Assembly (NCBI GenBank): GCA_021848325.1
Contig: JAJZUU010000006.1
Location: 969-64,968, forward strand
DNA length: 64,000 nucleotides
From: Pseudomonadota bacterium
Lineage (GTDB): Bacteria > Pseudomonadota > Gammaproteobacteria > Burkholderiales > JAJZUU01
Reading direction: 5' to 3'
Positions 37,764-50,122 of the stretch are shown piece by piece (positions within the stretch are counted from its first letter, which is position 1; every line of letters starts with the position of its first letter). Under the pieces are notes generated by a model that was given only the letters and a program-made list of their open reading frames with translations, was not told the origin of the DNA and did not search any database. Position numbers and translations under genes: made by a program.

Positions 37764-38854
37764 GCCCTGGCGCCCGCGGCCAGGGCCCTGGTGCGCCGTT
37801 GCTGCGCGGTGTCGGCGTCTTCCGCGCCGTTTTCCCAGCCTTGCAGGTTCTCCAGCACGATGTTGCTCAGGGCGCGGATCCAGTCGTCGCGCTCGTTGAG
37901 CGCCGGGATATAGTGGAATTCCTTGCCGCCCGCCTTCAGGAAGGTGGCCTTGCCGCCCATGGCGATCTCTTCCAGGGTCTCCAGACAGTCGCCGGCGAAG
38001 CCCGGGCAGACCACGTCCACCCGAGGAACGCCCTGCTTGCCGAGGGCCTCCAGGGTGGCGGCGGTGTAGGGCTTGAGCCATTCGGCGGGGCCGAAGCGGG
38101 ACTGGAAGCAGATCTGGTAGCGGTTCTCGTCCAGCCCCAGCGCCTGCGCCAGCAGCCGGCCGGTCTTCAGGCACTCGCAGTGGTAGGGGTCGCCCTTGTC
38201 CAGGGCAAAGCGCGGCACACCGTGGAAGCTCATCACCAGCCGGTCGGGGCGGCCGTTTTTCTCCCAATAGTCGCGCACGCTCTGCGCCAGGGCGCGGAGG
38301 TAGTCGGGATGGTCGTGGTAATGCCTGACGGTACGCACGGCCGGTACGTTGCGCATGCGCTGCAGGGCGCGGAACACCGCATCGAAGGCGGTGCCGGTGG
38401 AACTGGCGGCATATTGCGGGTAGAGGGGCAGCACCAGGATCCTGTCGCAGCCCTGCTCCCTGAGGCGGGAAAGGGCGCCCTCGACGGAAGGGGCGCCGTA
38501 GCGCATGGCGTATTCGACCCGGTGCGGCGCCTTCAGCCGCTCTCCCAGATAACCCTTGAGCAGCTTCGTTTGCCGTTCAGTGTGCAGCTTTAGCGGAGGA
38601 CCCTCCCGGGTCCAGATCTGGGCGTATTTCTCGGCGGACTTCTTGGGGCGGGTGTTGAGGATGATGCCGTTCAGGACCAGCCACCACAGCGCCCGCGGCA
38701 TCTCCACCACCCGCGGATCGGACAGGAACTCCTTGAGGTACGGGCGCAGGGCGCGTGCGGTGGGGGCCTCGGGCGTGCCCAGGTTGATCAGCAGGATGCC
38801 GATCTTGCGGCTGCTGCCGTGATCGAACGGGGGTTCAGGGCGATAGGCTGGCAT
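37760..38854 (-). CDS. hemH: Ferrochelatase
   Basis: [50 protein letters not shown]. Confidence 0.97.
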   Translation of the reverse strand: MPAYRPEPPFDHGSSRKIGILLINLGTPEAPTARALRPYLKEFLSDPRVVEMPRALWWLVLNGIILNTRPKKSAEKYAQIWTREGPPLKLHTERQTKLLKGYLGERLKAPHRVEYAMRYGAPSVEGALSRLREQGCDRILVLPLYPQYAASSTGTAFDAVFRALQRMRNVPAVRTVRHYHDHPDYLRALAQSVRDYWEKNGRPDRLVMSFHGVPRFALDKGDPYHCECLKTGRLLAQALGLDENRYQICFQSRFGPAEWLKPYTAATLEALGKQGVPRVDVVCPGFAGDCLETLEEIAMGGKATFLKAGGKEFHYIPALNERDDWIRALSNIVLENLQGWENGAEDADTAQQRRTRALAAGARA

Positions 38855-38901
38855 GGCTGCTCACGGGGTGACGGTTGCGGGGGGAGGCAACCCCCGCCGG
38901 C

Positions 38902-39921
38902 TCAATGGTACGACAGGGCGCTGCTCAACAGCTTGGCGGTGATGTCCACGATGGGGATCACCCGCTCGTAGGCCATGCGAGTGGGGCCGACCACCCCCAC
39001 GGTGCCCACGACCTGCCCATCCACCTCGTAAGGGGCCGTCACTACGCTGCACTCGTCCAGGGGGACCAGGCCGGATTCGCCGCCGATGAAGATCTGCACC
39101 CCATGGGCGCACTGGCTCACGTCCAGCAGTTGCAGCAGCTCGGTCTTCTGTTCGAACACGTCGAACAGCCGGCGCAGACTGCCCATGTTGAAGGAAAGGT
39201 CCTGCACGTGCAGCAGGTTGCGCTCCCCTGAAATGACGCAGTCTTCCTGGTCGTCCTTCATGGCCTGGCTGCCCGCCTCCAGCGCCGCGGTCATCAGGGA
39301 GGTCATGTCCCGGTGCAGTTTTTGCAGTTCGTTGCGTATCCGTTCGCGCACCTGGTCGAAGGTGCAGCCGCTGTAGTTCTGGTTGAAGAAGTTGGCGGCC
39401 TGGGTCAGTTCGGATGGGGAATAGGGCTTCTCGGTAAGGATGATGCGGTTTTGCACCTCCCCCTCCCGGGTGACGATGATGAGCAGGATGCGCTTCTCTG
39501 CAAGCCTGACGAATTCCAACTGGCGAAAGACCGTGCTGCGGCGCTTGGGGATCAGCACCACCCCGGCGAAACGGGTCAGATCGGACAGCAGGTGCGAGGC
39601 GGCGGAAAGCACCTTGTGCGGGTCGTCCGGGTGGAGCTGGGTTTCCACCTGGTGGATCTCGATGGCCTCCAGCGGCTTGACGGTCAGCAGCGTGTCCACG
39701 AAAAAGCGAAAGCCTTTGGGCGTCGGCACCCGGCCGGCGGAGGTGTGCGGGCTGCTGATCAGTCCCATCTCTTCCAGGTCGGCCATCATGTTGCGGATGC
39801 TGGCCGGGCTCAGGTCCAGCCCGGAATATTTGGACAGCATGCGCGAGCCGACCGGCTGGCCGTCGCTGATATAGCGTTCGACCAGCGTCTTCAACAGGAT
39901 TTGCGCGCGTTGGGTCAGCAT
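38902..39921 (-). CDS. hrcA: Heat-inducible transcription repressor
   Basis: [35 protein letters not shown]. Confidence 0.97.
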   Translation of the reverse strand: MLTQRAQILLKTLVERYISDGQPVGSRMLSKYSGLDLSPASIRNMMADLEEMGLISSPHTSAGRVPTPKGFRFFVDTLLTVKPLEAIEIHQVETQLHPDDPHKVLSAASHLLSDLTRFAGVVLIPKRRSTVFRQLEFVRLAEKRILLIIVTREGEVQNRIILTEKPYSPSELTQAANFFNQNYSGCTFDQVRERIRNELQKLHRDMTSLMTAALEAGSQAMKDDQEDCVISGERNLLHVQDLSFNMGSLRRLFDVFEQKTELLQLLDVSQCAHGVQIFIGGESGLVPLDECSVVTAPYEVDGQVVGTVGVVGPTRMAYERVIPIVDITAKLLSSALSYH

Positions 39922-39992
39922 GGCTGCATTCTACACAAAATCGCGGGATTGGATAACGTGTCAAAAGGGGCCGCGAAAGCTATAATTGGGCC
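39922..39992. promoter_or_regulatory. Back-to-back -10 boxes for hrcA and nadK
   Basis: Plus strand GTGTCA-17-TATAAT (39981-86), 6 nt before the nadK ATG; minus strand TGTGTAGAAT, 6 nt before the hrcA ATG. Confidence 0.55.
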
Positions 39993-40865
39993 ATGTCCCA
40001 CACCTTCAAGACCATCGCGCTGATCGGAAAGTACAGCAGCCCCGAGATCAGCGCGCCCCTGCTGCGCCTGGCCAGGTTCCTGGAGGAGCGGCACTACAAC
40101 GTGGTCGTGGCCAGGCAGACGGCGGAGACCATCGGCTCGGCCGGCTATCCCATGGCGAATCTGTCGGAGATCGGCGAAGTGGCCGATCTGGCGGTGGTGC
40201 TGGGCGGCGACGGGACCATGCTCAACATCGCCCGCAACCTGGTCGCCTTCAGGGTCCCGCTGGTGGGCATCAATCAGGGCCGGCTCGGGTTTCTTGCCGA
40301 CGTCTCGGTGGAAATCATGCTGGACACCATGGACGAGATGCTGGCGGGCCGGTTCAACAGCGAGGAACGCATCCTGCTGCGCGCGGAAATACGGCGCGGC
40401 AACGAGAAGGTGTTCGATGCCTGCGCGCTCAACGACGTGGTGGTGAACAAGGGCAACATCGGCCGCCTGATCGAGATGGAGACCGTCATCGACGGCGAAT
40501 TCGTCAACAGCCAGCGGGCGGACGGGCTGGTGGTGGCCACGCCCACGGGGTCCACCGCCTACGCGCTGTCCGCCGGCGGCCCCATCCTGCACCCTTCGCT
40601 GGAAGTCATCGTCCTGGTGCCCATCTGCCCGCACACCCTGGCGGCCAGGCCGATCGCGGTCAGTGGCCGATCGACGGTGGAGATCATGGTGATCAATGCC
40701 GACGATGCCCGGGTCCATTTCGACGGGCAGCGGCATTTCGACCTGCGGAAAGGGGATAGGGTGATCATCCAGCGCGCCGAGAATACCGTTCGCCTATTGC
40801 ACCCGGTCGGCCACAGCTACTACGATATGCTGCGGCAAAAACTGCATTGGGGCGAAAAACTGTAG
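39993..40865 (+). CDS. nadK: NAD kinase
   Basis: LGGDGT, GINQGRLGFL, ALND, DGLVVATPTGSTAYALSAGGP. Confidence 0.97.
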   Translation: MSHTFKTIALIGKYSSPEISAPLLRLARFLEERHYNVVVARQTAETIGSAGYPMANLSEIGEVADLAVVLGGDGTMLNIARNLVAFRVPLVGINQGRLGFLADVSVEIMLDTMDEMLAGRFNSEERILLRAEIRRGNEKVFDACALNDVVVNKGNIGRLIEMETVIDGEFVNSQRADGLVVATPTGSTAYALSAGGPILHPSLEVIVLVPICPHTLAARPIAVSGRSTVEIMVINADDARVHFDGQRHFDLRKGDRVIIQRAENTVRLLHPVGHSYYDMLRQKLHWGEKL

Positions 40866-40956
40866 CGGGAGCGGCGCGCCTCGCGGGCGCCATCCCGGCG
40901 GCGGGATACTTCGCCTTGCCCTTGCGTCCAGAACTTTTCAGCCAGTTTTTGAAATT

Positions 40957-42615
40957 ATGTTGAATCACCTGAGCGTTCAGGATTTCGTCATCGTCGACCG
41001 GATTGAGCTCGAATTCGATCGCGGCTTCACCGTGCTCACCGGCGAAACCGGCGCGGGCAAGTCCATCCTTGTCGATGCCTTGGCGCTGGTTCTCGGCGAA
41101 CGGGGTGACGCCGGCATGGTCCGCGTGGGCCGCGAGCGCGCCGAGGTGCTTGCCGAATTCGATGTCAGCGGCGTGCCGGGGGTGCGGGACTGGCTCGAGG
41201 AAAACGAATTCGTCGGCGACCCGGGGGTATGCCTGGTGCGCCGGGTGATCGAGGCCGGCGGGCGCTCCCGCGGCTTCGTCAACGGCCGCCAGGCCACCCA
41301 GCAGCAGTTGCGCGCCCTGGGGGAGTTCCTGGTCGACATCCACGGCCAGCACGCGCACCAGTCCCTGCTCAGGCCCGAGGCAGAGCGCGACTTGCTGGAC
41401 GGTTATGCCGGGACGCACGATTTGGGCGCGCGGACGACCGCGGCCTATCGCCGCTGGCAGGAATTGCACAGGCGGCGCCTGGACGGGGAGAAGAACGCGG
41501 AGGCCTTCGCCGCCGAGCGCGAACGCTTAGAGTGGCAGGCAAGCGAGCTAAAGACGTTGAATTTCGGCCCGGACGAGTGGCGCGAACTGCTTGCCGAGCA
41601 CGGTCGGCTGTCCAACGCGGCGAGCCTGATGGAGGGCGCGCAGTTCGGCCTGGAGCTGCTTTCCGAGGGAAGCGCGGCCTGCCTGCCGCAGCTCGGCGGC
41701 CTTACCTCGCGTCTCGGCAGCCTGTCCGAACACGACCCGGCGCTGAAGGAAATTCTGGACATGCTGGAACCGGCGGAGATCCAGTTGCAGGAGGCCGCCT
41801 ATGCCCTGAGGCATTATCTGCAACGGCTGGACCTGGACCCGGAGCGACTGCGCCAGTGCGAGGAAAGGCTGAGCGCCGTCCATTCCGCGGCGCGCAAGTA
41901 CCGTACCGTGCCCGAGGAGTTGCCGCAACTGCTGGCCGAGTGGGAGACGCGCCTGCAGGAACTAGGTGGCGGCGGCGACGGCGAGGCGCTGCGGCAGCAG
42001 GAGGAGGCCGCCCGGTCGGATTATCTCGCCCTGGCGCAGAAGCTGAGCGCGGGAAGGAACAAGGCGGCTGTGGAAATCTCGGGCAAGGTGAGCGCCGCCA
42101 TGCAGGACCTGGCCATGGCCGGGGGCCGGTTCCAGGTTGAACTCGCACCCCTTGCCGAGGGCGGCGCCTTCGGCCTGGAGCAGGTGGAATTCCTGGTCGC
42201 CGCGCATCCCGGGCTGCCCGCGAGGCCGTTGGCCAGGGTCGCCTCGGGGGGGGAGCTTTCCCGCATCAGCCTGGCGATCCAGGTGGTCACCAGCAGGGTA
42301 TCCCTGGTGCCTACCCTGGTGTTCGACGAAGTGGACGTAGGCATCGGCGGGGGCGTGGCCGAAATCGTGGGACAAATGCTGAAGCGGCTCGGAGCGGAAC
42401 GGCAGGTGCTGTGCATCACCCACCTGCCCCAGGTGGCAGCCCTGGGGGACCATCACTGGCAGGTGGCCAAGATCTCCCGGGACGGCGCGGTGGTCAGCCG
42501 CATCTCCGTGCTGGAGGGCGTGGCCCGGGTGGAAGAGGTGGCGCGCATGCTGGGCGGGGTGGACATCACCGAAACCACCCGCTCCCATGCCGCGGAGATG
42601 CTCGGGTTGTCGTGA
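40957..42615 (+). CDS. recN: DNA repair protein RecN
   Basis: LTGETGAGKS, DIHGQH, VASGGELSR, FDEVDVGIGG, ITHLPQVA. Confidence 0.97.
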   Translation: MLNHLSVQDFVIVDRIELEFDRGFTVLTGETGAGKSILVDALALVLGERGDAGMVRVGRERAEVLAEFDVSGVPGVRDWLEENEFVGDPGVCLVRRVIEAGGRSRGFVNGRQATQQQLRALGEFLVDIHGQHAHQSLLRPEAERDLLDGYAGTHDLGARTTAAYRRWQELHRRRLDGEKNAEAFAAERERLEWQASELKTLNFGPDEWRELLAEHGRLSNAASLMEGAQFGLELLSEGSAACLPQLGGLTSRLGSLSEHDPALKEILDMLEPAEIQLQEAAYALRHYLQRLDLDPERLRQCEERLSAVHSAARKYRTVPEELPQLLAEWETRLQELGGGGDGEALRQQEEAARSDYLALAQKLSAGRNKAAVEISGKVSAAMQDLAMAGGRFQVELAPLAEGGAFGLEQVEFLVAAHPGLPARPLARVASGGELSRISLAIQVVTSRVSLVPTLVFDEVDVGIGGGVAEIVGQMLKRLGAERQVLCITHLPQVAALGDHHWQVAKISRDGAVVSRISVLEGVARVEEVARMLGGVDITETTRSHAAEMLGLS

Positions 42616-42623
42616 AGCCGGCC

Positions 42624-43061
42624 TTACGCGCCGCCCTTTTCCTTGTAGGGACACGCCTTCTTGATGCAGTCGGCGTAGAGGTACAGGGAGTGGTCGCGGA
42701 TGGAAAAGCCTCGTTCCTCGGCGATCTTTTTCTGGCGGCGCTCGATCTCCTCGTCGAAGAACTCCTCCACCCGGCCGCATTGCAGGCACACCAAGTGGTC
42801 GTGATGCCCGCCCTGGTTCAGCTCGTAGACGGCCTTGTCGCCCTCGAAGTGGTGGCGCGCCAGCAGCCCGGCCTGTTCGAACTGGGTCAATACCCGGTAC
42901 ACCGTCGCCAGCCCCACGTCTTCCCCTTCCGCCAGGAGGCGCTTATACACATCCTCGGCGGTCATATGGCGGGTGGTGCTCTGCTCGAAGAGATTGAGTA
43001 TCTTGAGGCGCGGCAGGGTGGCCTTGAGGCCGATGTTTTTCAACTCGCTGGGGTCGCTCAT
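42624..43061 (-). CDS. fur: Ferric uptake regulator
   Basis: [28 protein letters not shown]. Confidence 0.97.
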   Translation of the reverse strand: MSDPSELKNIGLKATLPRLKILNLFEQSTTRHMTAEDVYKRLLAEGEDVGLATVYRVLTQFEQAGLLARHHFEGDKAVYELNQGGHHDHLVCLQCGRVEEFFDEEIERRQKKIAEERGFSIRDHSLYLYADCIKKACPYKEKGGA

Positions 43062-43264
43062 CGCGGAGTGCCTGAATCGATATAGTACAGGATATCATAT
43101 AGTTTTCCCCCTCCTTTGCAAAACTTTGGGGGTCGAGCACGAATCCGTTCCGACATTGGCCCGGGAAGCGGGCGTTGCGGAACCCGTTGCCGCCTCATGG
43201 CAATTCGGTCTGGGAAAGGTATAATGACCGGCTTGGATCGAGAAACCATTTTGACGAATCGCTC

Positions 43265-44507
<1,243 letters not shown>

Positions 44508-44719
44508 AGACCTGTCGACTTGGGGCGACTCAACTTTAGACACTCGCATTTCGCCCTCGCCGCCCCTGGCCGGGGCACCGATGGCAGATGAAACCTGCGA
44601 AATCATACCGACCGCCGATGAGTGCCACCCTACGACCGCAATCTTGAAGCGCCGCGGTAAGTTTGGCAACGGGGGCGCTTTTCGAACCATCTCCATGCGT
44701 GCAAGCCCAGATAAGGGCC

Positions 44720-46063
44720 TTACTTGGTTCTCAACTCCGGCACCGCCCCACCCATTAGGGTTTGCAGGGCGGCCTGCTGTTCGAGCAGGCTTTGATTGAG
44801 GTTGAGCAAATCCAGGCGGCGGTTGAGCCAGGCGGTTTTCAGCAGCACGTAGTCGGTTTCGGACAAATCGCCCTGCGCCAACGCCGCGTCCGCACGTTTG
44901 AGGGTTTGCGCTGCGAGCGCGATGCCCTGTTCGATTTCCCGGCGCTGGCTTTGCAGCAAGGCCTGGTCTTGGAGGATGCGTTCGATGTCGGCGCGCGCGC
45001 TCATGAGGCGGGCCGCGTATTCGTCGTGCAGGCGCCGCCGGGTGGCCTTTTCGATGGCGATGTTGCCGCGGTTGCGGTTGAAGATGGGCAGGGTGAGGGA
45101 AATCCGGAAGCCGCGCGTGTTGACGCCGCCGGTGTCGCGCGCGCGCACGAAGCCGACGTCGATGGCGGGGAACTGCTGCAGGATGGCCTGCCGATAGTGC
45201 GCTTCCTGGCTTTGATAGCCGGCCGCCAGGGCCAGCAGGTCGGGGCGGCGGCGCGGCAGTTCGGCGAGGTCGCGGCGCACGGCAGTGTCGGTGACGGCAG
45301 GGATGGCGGACGGACCGACCAGGTCGAGTCTGGCGCGCGCGGAGAGGCCGAGAAGGGAGTTCAAGGCCTGGCCGGTGGCCGCCAGTTGGCGCTGCAGGCC
45401 GTTGGCGCGGGTTTCCACGGCCTGCAGGCTGGCGAGGTCGGCGCTTACCGCGCCCAGGATCACGTCGCCGTGGTGGTAGGCTTCGACCATGCGGGCGTGG
45501 CGCTGCGCCAGGAGTTCCCGCTCCTGGGTGAGCAGGGCGAGCGCCTGCTCTTCGTAGTCATGGCGGATGAAGAGCTGGCGCGCGGCGCTGACGACCTGCC
45601 ATTCCAGCCAAAGCAGATTGAGATCGACCTGGCGCGCCGAGGCCTGGGCAGCCTGCCTGGCGGTGGAGCGCGTGAGCAGGGAGGTGATGTCGTAGGACAG
45701 GCCCAGATCGAAAGCCGTGCCGGTGGCAAGGCCGCTGATGGGGAAATCTCGCGCCATGCCCAGCACCGGGTCGGGCAGCAGACCGGCAGCGAAGGCCTGG
45801 GCGCGGGCGATGCCGAGCCCCTCGCGGGCGAGCTTGAGTTCGGGGTTGTTGGCCACCGCCAGCATGGCGACTTCCGTCATGTCGAGGCCGTTGCCCGGGT
45901 CGAAAACGTGGTGGCGCAGTTCCGGCAGGGGCATGGCTGCGGCGCTGACTTTGATATCGGCGGGATTGGCCGGGGCACGCACGTGGGTGTCGAGCGGCAG
46001 GGGCCGGTAGCTGGCGCAGCCGGCCAGCAGCAGGGGGACGAGAAAGGCGGGGCGCAGCTTCAT
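44720..46063 (-). CDS. TolC-family outer membrane efflux lipoprotein
   Basis: LLAGC lipobox, AVANNPEL, RRRPDL, LPIFNRNRG; downstream of the RND gene. Confidence 0.88.
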   Translation of the reverse strand: MKLRPAFLVPLLLAGCASYRPLPLDTHVRAPANPADIKVSAAAMPLPELRHHVFDPGNGLDMTEVAMLAVANNPELKLAREGLGIARAQAFAAGLLPDPVLGMARDFPISGLATGTAFDLGLSYDITSLLTRSTARQAAQASARQVDLNLLWLEWQVVSAARQLFIRHDYEEQALALLTQERELLAQRHARMVEAYHHGDVILGAVSADLASLQAVETRANGLQRQLAATGQALNSLLGLSARARLDLVGPSAIPAVTDTAVRRDLAELPRRRPDLLALAAGYQSQEAHYRQAILQQFPAIDVGFVRARDTGGVNTRGFRISLTLPIFNRNRGNIAIEKATRRRLHDEYAARLMSARADIERILQDQALLQSQRREIEQGIALAAQTLKRADAALAQGDLSETDYVLLKTAWLNRRLDLLNLNQSLLEQQAALQTLMGGAVPELRTK

Positions 46064-46076
46064 CAAAAGTATCAGA

Positions 46077-49000
46077 TCAAGGAAGGGTTTTCTCAAGCTT
46101 GCGCCCCCAGCGCAGATAAAGCGCCGGCAGCAGATTGGTGGACAGAACGGAACTCCACAGCACGCCGCCCAGCACGACGATGGCCAAGCCCTGCTCGGGT
46201 GCCGCGCCGGTGCCGAAGCCGAGCGCGGTGGGCAGCATGCCGAGCACGGCGGTGAGCGTGGTCAGCACGATGGGGCGGAAGCGTTCGCGCACCGCGCGGC
46301 GCACGGCGTCTTCGGGTGCCAGACCCTGCTTTTCGTGCGCCCGCACATAGGCCAGCAGCACGATGCCGTGGTTGAGGCTGACGCCGACCAGGGTGAGGAA
46401 GCCGATCAGCCCGGTGGCGTTGAGGCCGACGCCGGAGACAGCGAGGGCGAGCGCCGCGCCGGTGAAGGCGAGCGGCGCCTGCAGCAGCAGGATCGCGGGC
46501 AGGCGCAGGCCGCCGAATTGCAGGGCCAGTATTCCCAGGGTGAGGAACAGGGCGCCGACGGCCGCCACCCCCATGCCCTCGGCGGTGTGCAGCAGCTCGG
46601 AGTAGAGCCCGCCGAAGGCGACGCGGTAGCCGGCGGGCAGATGCAGTCCCGCCAGGGCTCGTTGGGCGGCGGCGACGGTGCTGCCCAGCGGCCCCAGCGG
46701 CGTGGCGAGGATTTCGAGGGCGCGCGCGCCGTTCAGATGGCGCAACTGGTTGGGCTGGGTCTGCAATTCGAGCCGCGCCACGCGCGCCAGCGGCACCCAG
46801 CCGGCCGCCGTGTGGATGGGCTGGCGACCAAGCCGGTCGAGGCCGAGGTAGGGCGCATCGGGCAGGCGCATATAGAGGTCCAGATGGCTGACGCCGTCGG
46901 GCAGCCGCGCCAGCACGCGCCCGCGCAGCAGCAGATCGAGCTGCGCGGCGAGGCTTGCCGGGGTAAGGTCGAGACTGCGCATTACCTCGGAACGGGGGCT
47001 GATCACCAGTTGCGTCACCGGGTAGGCGTCGTTGTTGAAGATGTCCGCCAGCGCCGGCACGGTCTTGAGGCGGGCGGTAACGGCCTCGGACAGGCTGCGC
47101 AGGGTGGCGATGCGGTTGCCGAAGATGGTCACCTCGAAGGGCTGCGGCAGGCCGGAGAGGCTTTCCCCCAGACGCTCGATGGTGGGGGTGTCGAAGCTCT
47201 GCTGCGCGCCGGGCTGTTTCGCCTCGTCGCGCAATTGCGCGGCGAGGCGGTCGAGGTGGTTGGCGTTGACGTCGGGCTTCAACAGCACCTGGATTTCCCC
47301 GGCGAAGCTTTTTTCCGTATAGGCCGTGTCGCGCGCCGAGCCGATGCGCGCAAACACGTGCGCCACCGCGGGGTTTTGTTTGAGCGCCGCGCTCATGCGG
47401 TCCACCGTGGCGACGGTTTCGTCGAGCGAGGTGCCCGGCGCCAGGGTGAAGCTGTCCAGGAGCACGCCTTCGTTAGGCAGCGGCAGGAAGTTTACCGGCA
47501 CCACGGCCAGCGCGGCGACGGCCAGCGCGAAGGCGGCCAGCGCGCCGGCGAGGCTCGCGCGCGGCCGGCGCAGCGTGAAGTCGAGCAGCCTTTCGTTGCC
47601 TTGTGTCAGCCAGCCGAGAAAACGCCGTCCGCTCGCCGGGGCGGCGCCGGCCCCGCCGCGGTGGGCGAGCAGCAGGGGGATGAGGGTGAGCGACACCAGC
47701 AGCGAGGCCAGCAGCGCCAGGCTCATGGCGAGCGCAAAGGGCCGCATGAAGAGCCCCGCCAGGCCGCCCACCGCCAAAAGGGGAAGATAGGCCGCCACCG
47801 TGGTGAGCGTGCCGGTGATGTCGGCCGCGGCGATGTCGCGCAGCCCGGCGCGCACCCCGTCCCAGCCGGCTGCGCCGCTTTCCCATCGGTGGTGGATGGC
47901 CTCGACGACGATGATGCCGTCGTCCGCCAGCAGGCCGACGGCGACGGTGAGCGCGCCCAGGGTGAGCAAGTTGAGGCTTTGCCCCAGCGCATAGAGTCCG
48001 CCGATGGCGAGCAGCAGGGCGGTGGGGATGGACAGCGCCAGCACGCCCACGCCCTGGCGGCGCCCCAAAAGCCACACCAGCACGAGGATGGCGAGCGCGC
48101 CGCCGATCAGCAGGTTGCGCGAGAGGTCGCGGCCGATGAGCGCAACCAGGTGCGCCTGACGGTAAATGGGCACCCAGCGCGCACCGCCCGGCAATTGGTT
48201 TTGCAGGCCGGCCAGGGTGTTTGTGATCGCCGCATCCACCGGCACGGTGGACGCCCCCGGCTGTTTGAAGACGATGAGCCCCAGCCCCGGCCGGCCGTCC
48301 AGTTGTAGGCCGTAATGGATGGGCGGCGGCGACTTCACCACGTGCGCCAGGGCGGCCAGCGGCAGCGGCCCGCCCGGCGTCGGCACGGGGATGTCCATGA
48401 CCTGCTGCGCGCCAAGCGGTAGATGGCGCACTTCCAGCAGCACGTCCTGGTGGCCGAGATCGAGGCGCCCGGCGGGCCTGAGCACTACCGCGTCGCCCAC
48501 CGCGCGCGCCAGCGCGGCGATGCCGACATGGTGCTGGATGAGTGCCGCGGGGTCGGGCTGGATCCATAGCGTCGGCGGCCCGGCGCCGAACAGCTCCACG
48601 CGCTGCACGCCGGGGATGGCGCGCAGCGCCGGCAGCACGCGCGTGCGCACGGCGTTTTCCACCTGCCAGGCGGGCACCTCGGCGGGCGGGCTTACGCCGT
48701 AATCGGCCACCTCGTTGATGGCGTTGCCCATGATTTCGGCATACGGCGCCAGCCCCGGCGGCAGGCTGGCATGCGCGCGGTCGAGGGCGCCGTACACCGC
48801 CTGCAGGGCAAGCTGGGGGTCGCTGCCTTCGCGGAAGCGCGCGGTGAACTGGGCGCTGCCCTGGGCAAGCGTGGTGCGCAGGGTCGAGAGGCCTTGCAGC
48901 CCCATGATCTGGCCTTCCAGCGGACGCGCCACCAGCGCTTCCATTTCCACGGCGGAGTAGCCCGGCGCATGCACGATGACGCCGATCTGCGGGAAATCGA

Positions 49001-49115
49001 AGCGCGGCAGCACTTCGGCGGGAATGCGCCAAAGGGCATATGCGCCGTAGGCCAGCAAAGCCGCGTACACCATGGCCCACAACAAAGGGCGGCGCAGCAG
49101 ATCGGGCAGGCGCAT
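46077..49115 (-). CDS. RND efflux permease (CusA/CzcA/AcrB-like)
   Basis: 1012 aa; LNLLTLGAL, ADDGIIVVE proton-relay aspartates, RFRPIVLT. Confidence 0.92.
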   Translation of the reverse strand: MRLPDLLRRPLLWAMVYAALLAYGAYALWRIPAEVLPRFDFPQIGVIVHAPGYSAVEMEALVARPLEGQIMGLQGLSTLRTTLAQGSAQFTARFREGSDPQLALQAVYGALDRAHASLPPGLAPYAEIMGNAINEVADYGVSPPAEVPAWQVENAVRTRVLPALRAIPGVQRVELFGAGPPTLWIQPDPAALIQHHVGIAALARAVGDAVVLRPAGRLDLGHQDVLLEVRHLPLGAQQVMDIPVPTPGGPLPLAALAHVVKSPPPIHYGLQLDGRPGLGLIVFKQPGASTVPVDAAITNTLAGLQNQLPGGARWVPIYRQAHLVALIGRDLSRNLLIGGALAILVLVWLLGRRQGVGVLALSIPTALLLAIGGLYALGQSLNLLTLGALTVAVGLLADDGIIVVEAIHHRWESGAAGWDGVRAGLRDIAAADITGTLTTVAAYLPLLAVGGLAGLFMRPFALAMSLALLASLLVSLTLIPLLLAHRGGAGAAPASGRRFLGWLTQGNERLLDFTLRRPRASLAGALAAFALAVAALAVVPVNFLPLPNEGVLLDSFTLAPGTSLDETVATVDRMSAALKQNPAVAHVFARIGSARDTAYTEKSFAGEIQVLLKPDVNANHLDRLAAQLRDEAKQPGAQQSFDTPTIERLGESLSGLPQPFEVTIFGNRIATLRSLSEAVTARLKTVPALADIFNNDAYPVTQLVISPRSEVMRSLDLTPASLAAQLDLLLRGRVLARLPDGVSHLDLYMRLPDAPYLGLDRLGRQPIHTAAGWVPLARVARLELQTQPNQLRHLNGARALEILATPLGPLGSTVAAAQRALAGLHLPAGYRVAFGGLYSELLHTAEGMGVAAVGALFLTLGILALQFGGLRLPAILLLQAPLAFTGAALALAVSGVGLNATGLIGFLTLVGVSLNHGIVLLAYVRAHEKQGLAPEDAVRRAVRERFRPIVLTTLTAVLGMLPTALGFGTGAAPEQGLAIVVLGGVLWSSVLSTNLLPALYLRWGRKLEKTLP

Positions 49116-50122
49116 CAGTCGGGCGGCGTGTAATGGGCCGCAAAATCGCGGTGATAAAGCAGATAGGCCTGGCGCACCACCACCGGCGTAGCGGGCGCAA
49201 GTCCGGCCAGGATCAGCACCTCATCACCGCGCGCCGGCCCCGGCTTGACGCGCAGCGCCGTCAGCTTGCCCGCCGCCGCGCTCAGCACGTACCACCGTCC
49301 GGCATCGAGGATCAAGGCCCCGGCCGGCACCGCCACCGCCGGCTGCGGCGCGCCGGCAATGACGACTTCGCCGCTCTCGCCCGCCTGCCAGTGCGGCGCC
49401 GCGCGGCGCGGCGCGAAATTCACCACGCGCGCGCCGTTGGCGGCACGCGCCGGCAGCTCGTCCGCCAGGCGCACGGTCACGGTCTGCCCGTCGGCGGAGA
49501 CGAAGCGCGCCGCCGTGCCGGGGGCCAGCGGCAGGCGGCCGAACACCTCCGCACGCAGCCACAGGTGGCCCTGCGGCAACAGCGTCAAAAGCGCCGCGCC
49601 GGCCGGCAGGTCGGCGCCCGGCGCGGCGCTCACGCTGCTCACCACCGCAGGCAGCGGACTGGCCAGCCAGGTTTGCGCGCGCAGCGCCTGTTCGTCCGCC
49701 CGCGCCTGCGCGAGCCGCCCCGCGGCGGCCGCCAGGGCGGCCCGCGCTGCCGCGAGCGCCCGGCGGTTAGTCAGCGCCGGGAAGGTACGCGCTACCGAGG
49801 CGGCGCTTTGCTGCGCCGCCGCGAGTTCCTGCGCCGCCGCCGCCACACGCGCGCGCGCCGCGGCCAGTTGCCCGGCCATTTGCGGCCCCCCCAGCCGCAC
49901 CAGCGGTGCGCCCGCCGCCACCGTCTCGCCGGGGCGGGCGTTGAGAGCTGCCACGCGCGCCGCCAGCGGCATGCGCAGGGTGAGCGGCGCCAGCGTTTCC
50001 ACGCGCGCCCAGGCGTGGACTTCGGGCTGGTAGTCGACGGCGCGCGCCGGCAGCGTCACCACGCCGGCGAGGGCGGGTGGCAGCAGGCAGAGGAACAGCA
50101 GCAGGGTGCGCAGTAGAGACAT
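49115..50122 (-). CDS. RND periplasmic adaptor (membrane fusion protein)
   Basis: Signal peptide, RPGETVAAGAPL lipoyl-like half, Ala-rich coiled coil, AVAVPAGAL. Confidence 0.82.
   Translation of the reverse strand: MSLLRTLLLFLCLLPPALAGVVTLPARAVDYQPEVHAWARVETLAPLTLRMPLAARVAALNARPGETVAAGAPLVRLGGPQMAGQLAAARARVAAAAQELAAAQQSAASVARTFPALTNRRALAAARAALAAAAGRLAQARADEQALRAQTWLASPLPAVVSSVSAAPGADLPAGAALLTLLPQGHLWLRAEVFGRLPLAPGTAARFVSADGQTVTVRLADELPARAANGARVVNFAPRRAAPHWQAGESGEVVIAGAPQPAVAVPAGALILDAGRWYVLSAAAGKLTALRVKPGPARGDEVLILAGLAPATPVVVRQAYLLYHRDFAAHYTPPD

Noticed and set aside
38902-39992. CIRCE operator near hrcA
   Set aside because: No TTAGCACTC-N9-GAGTGCTAA match seen.
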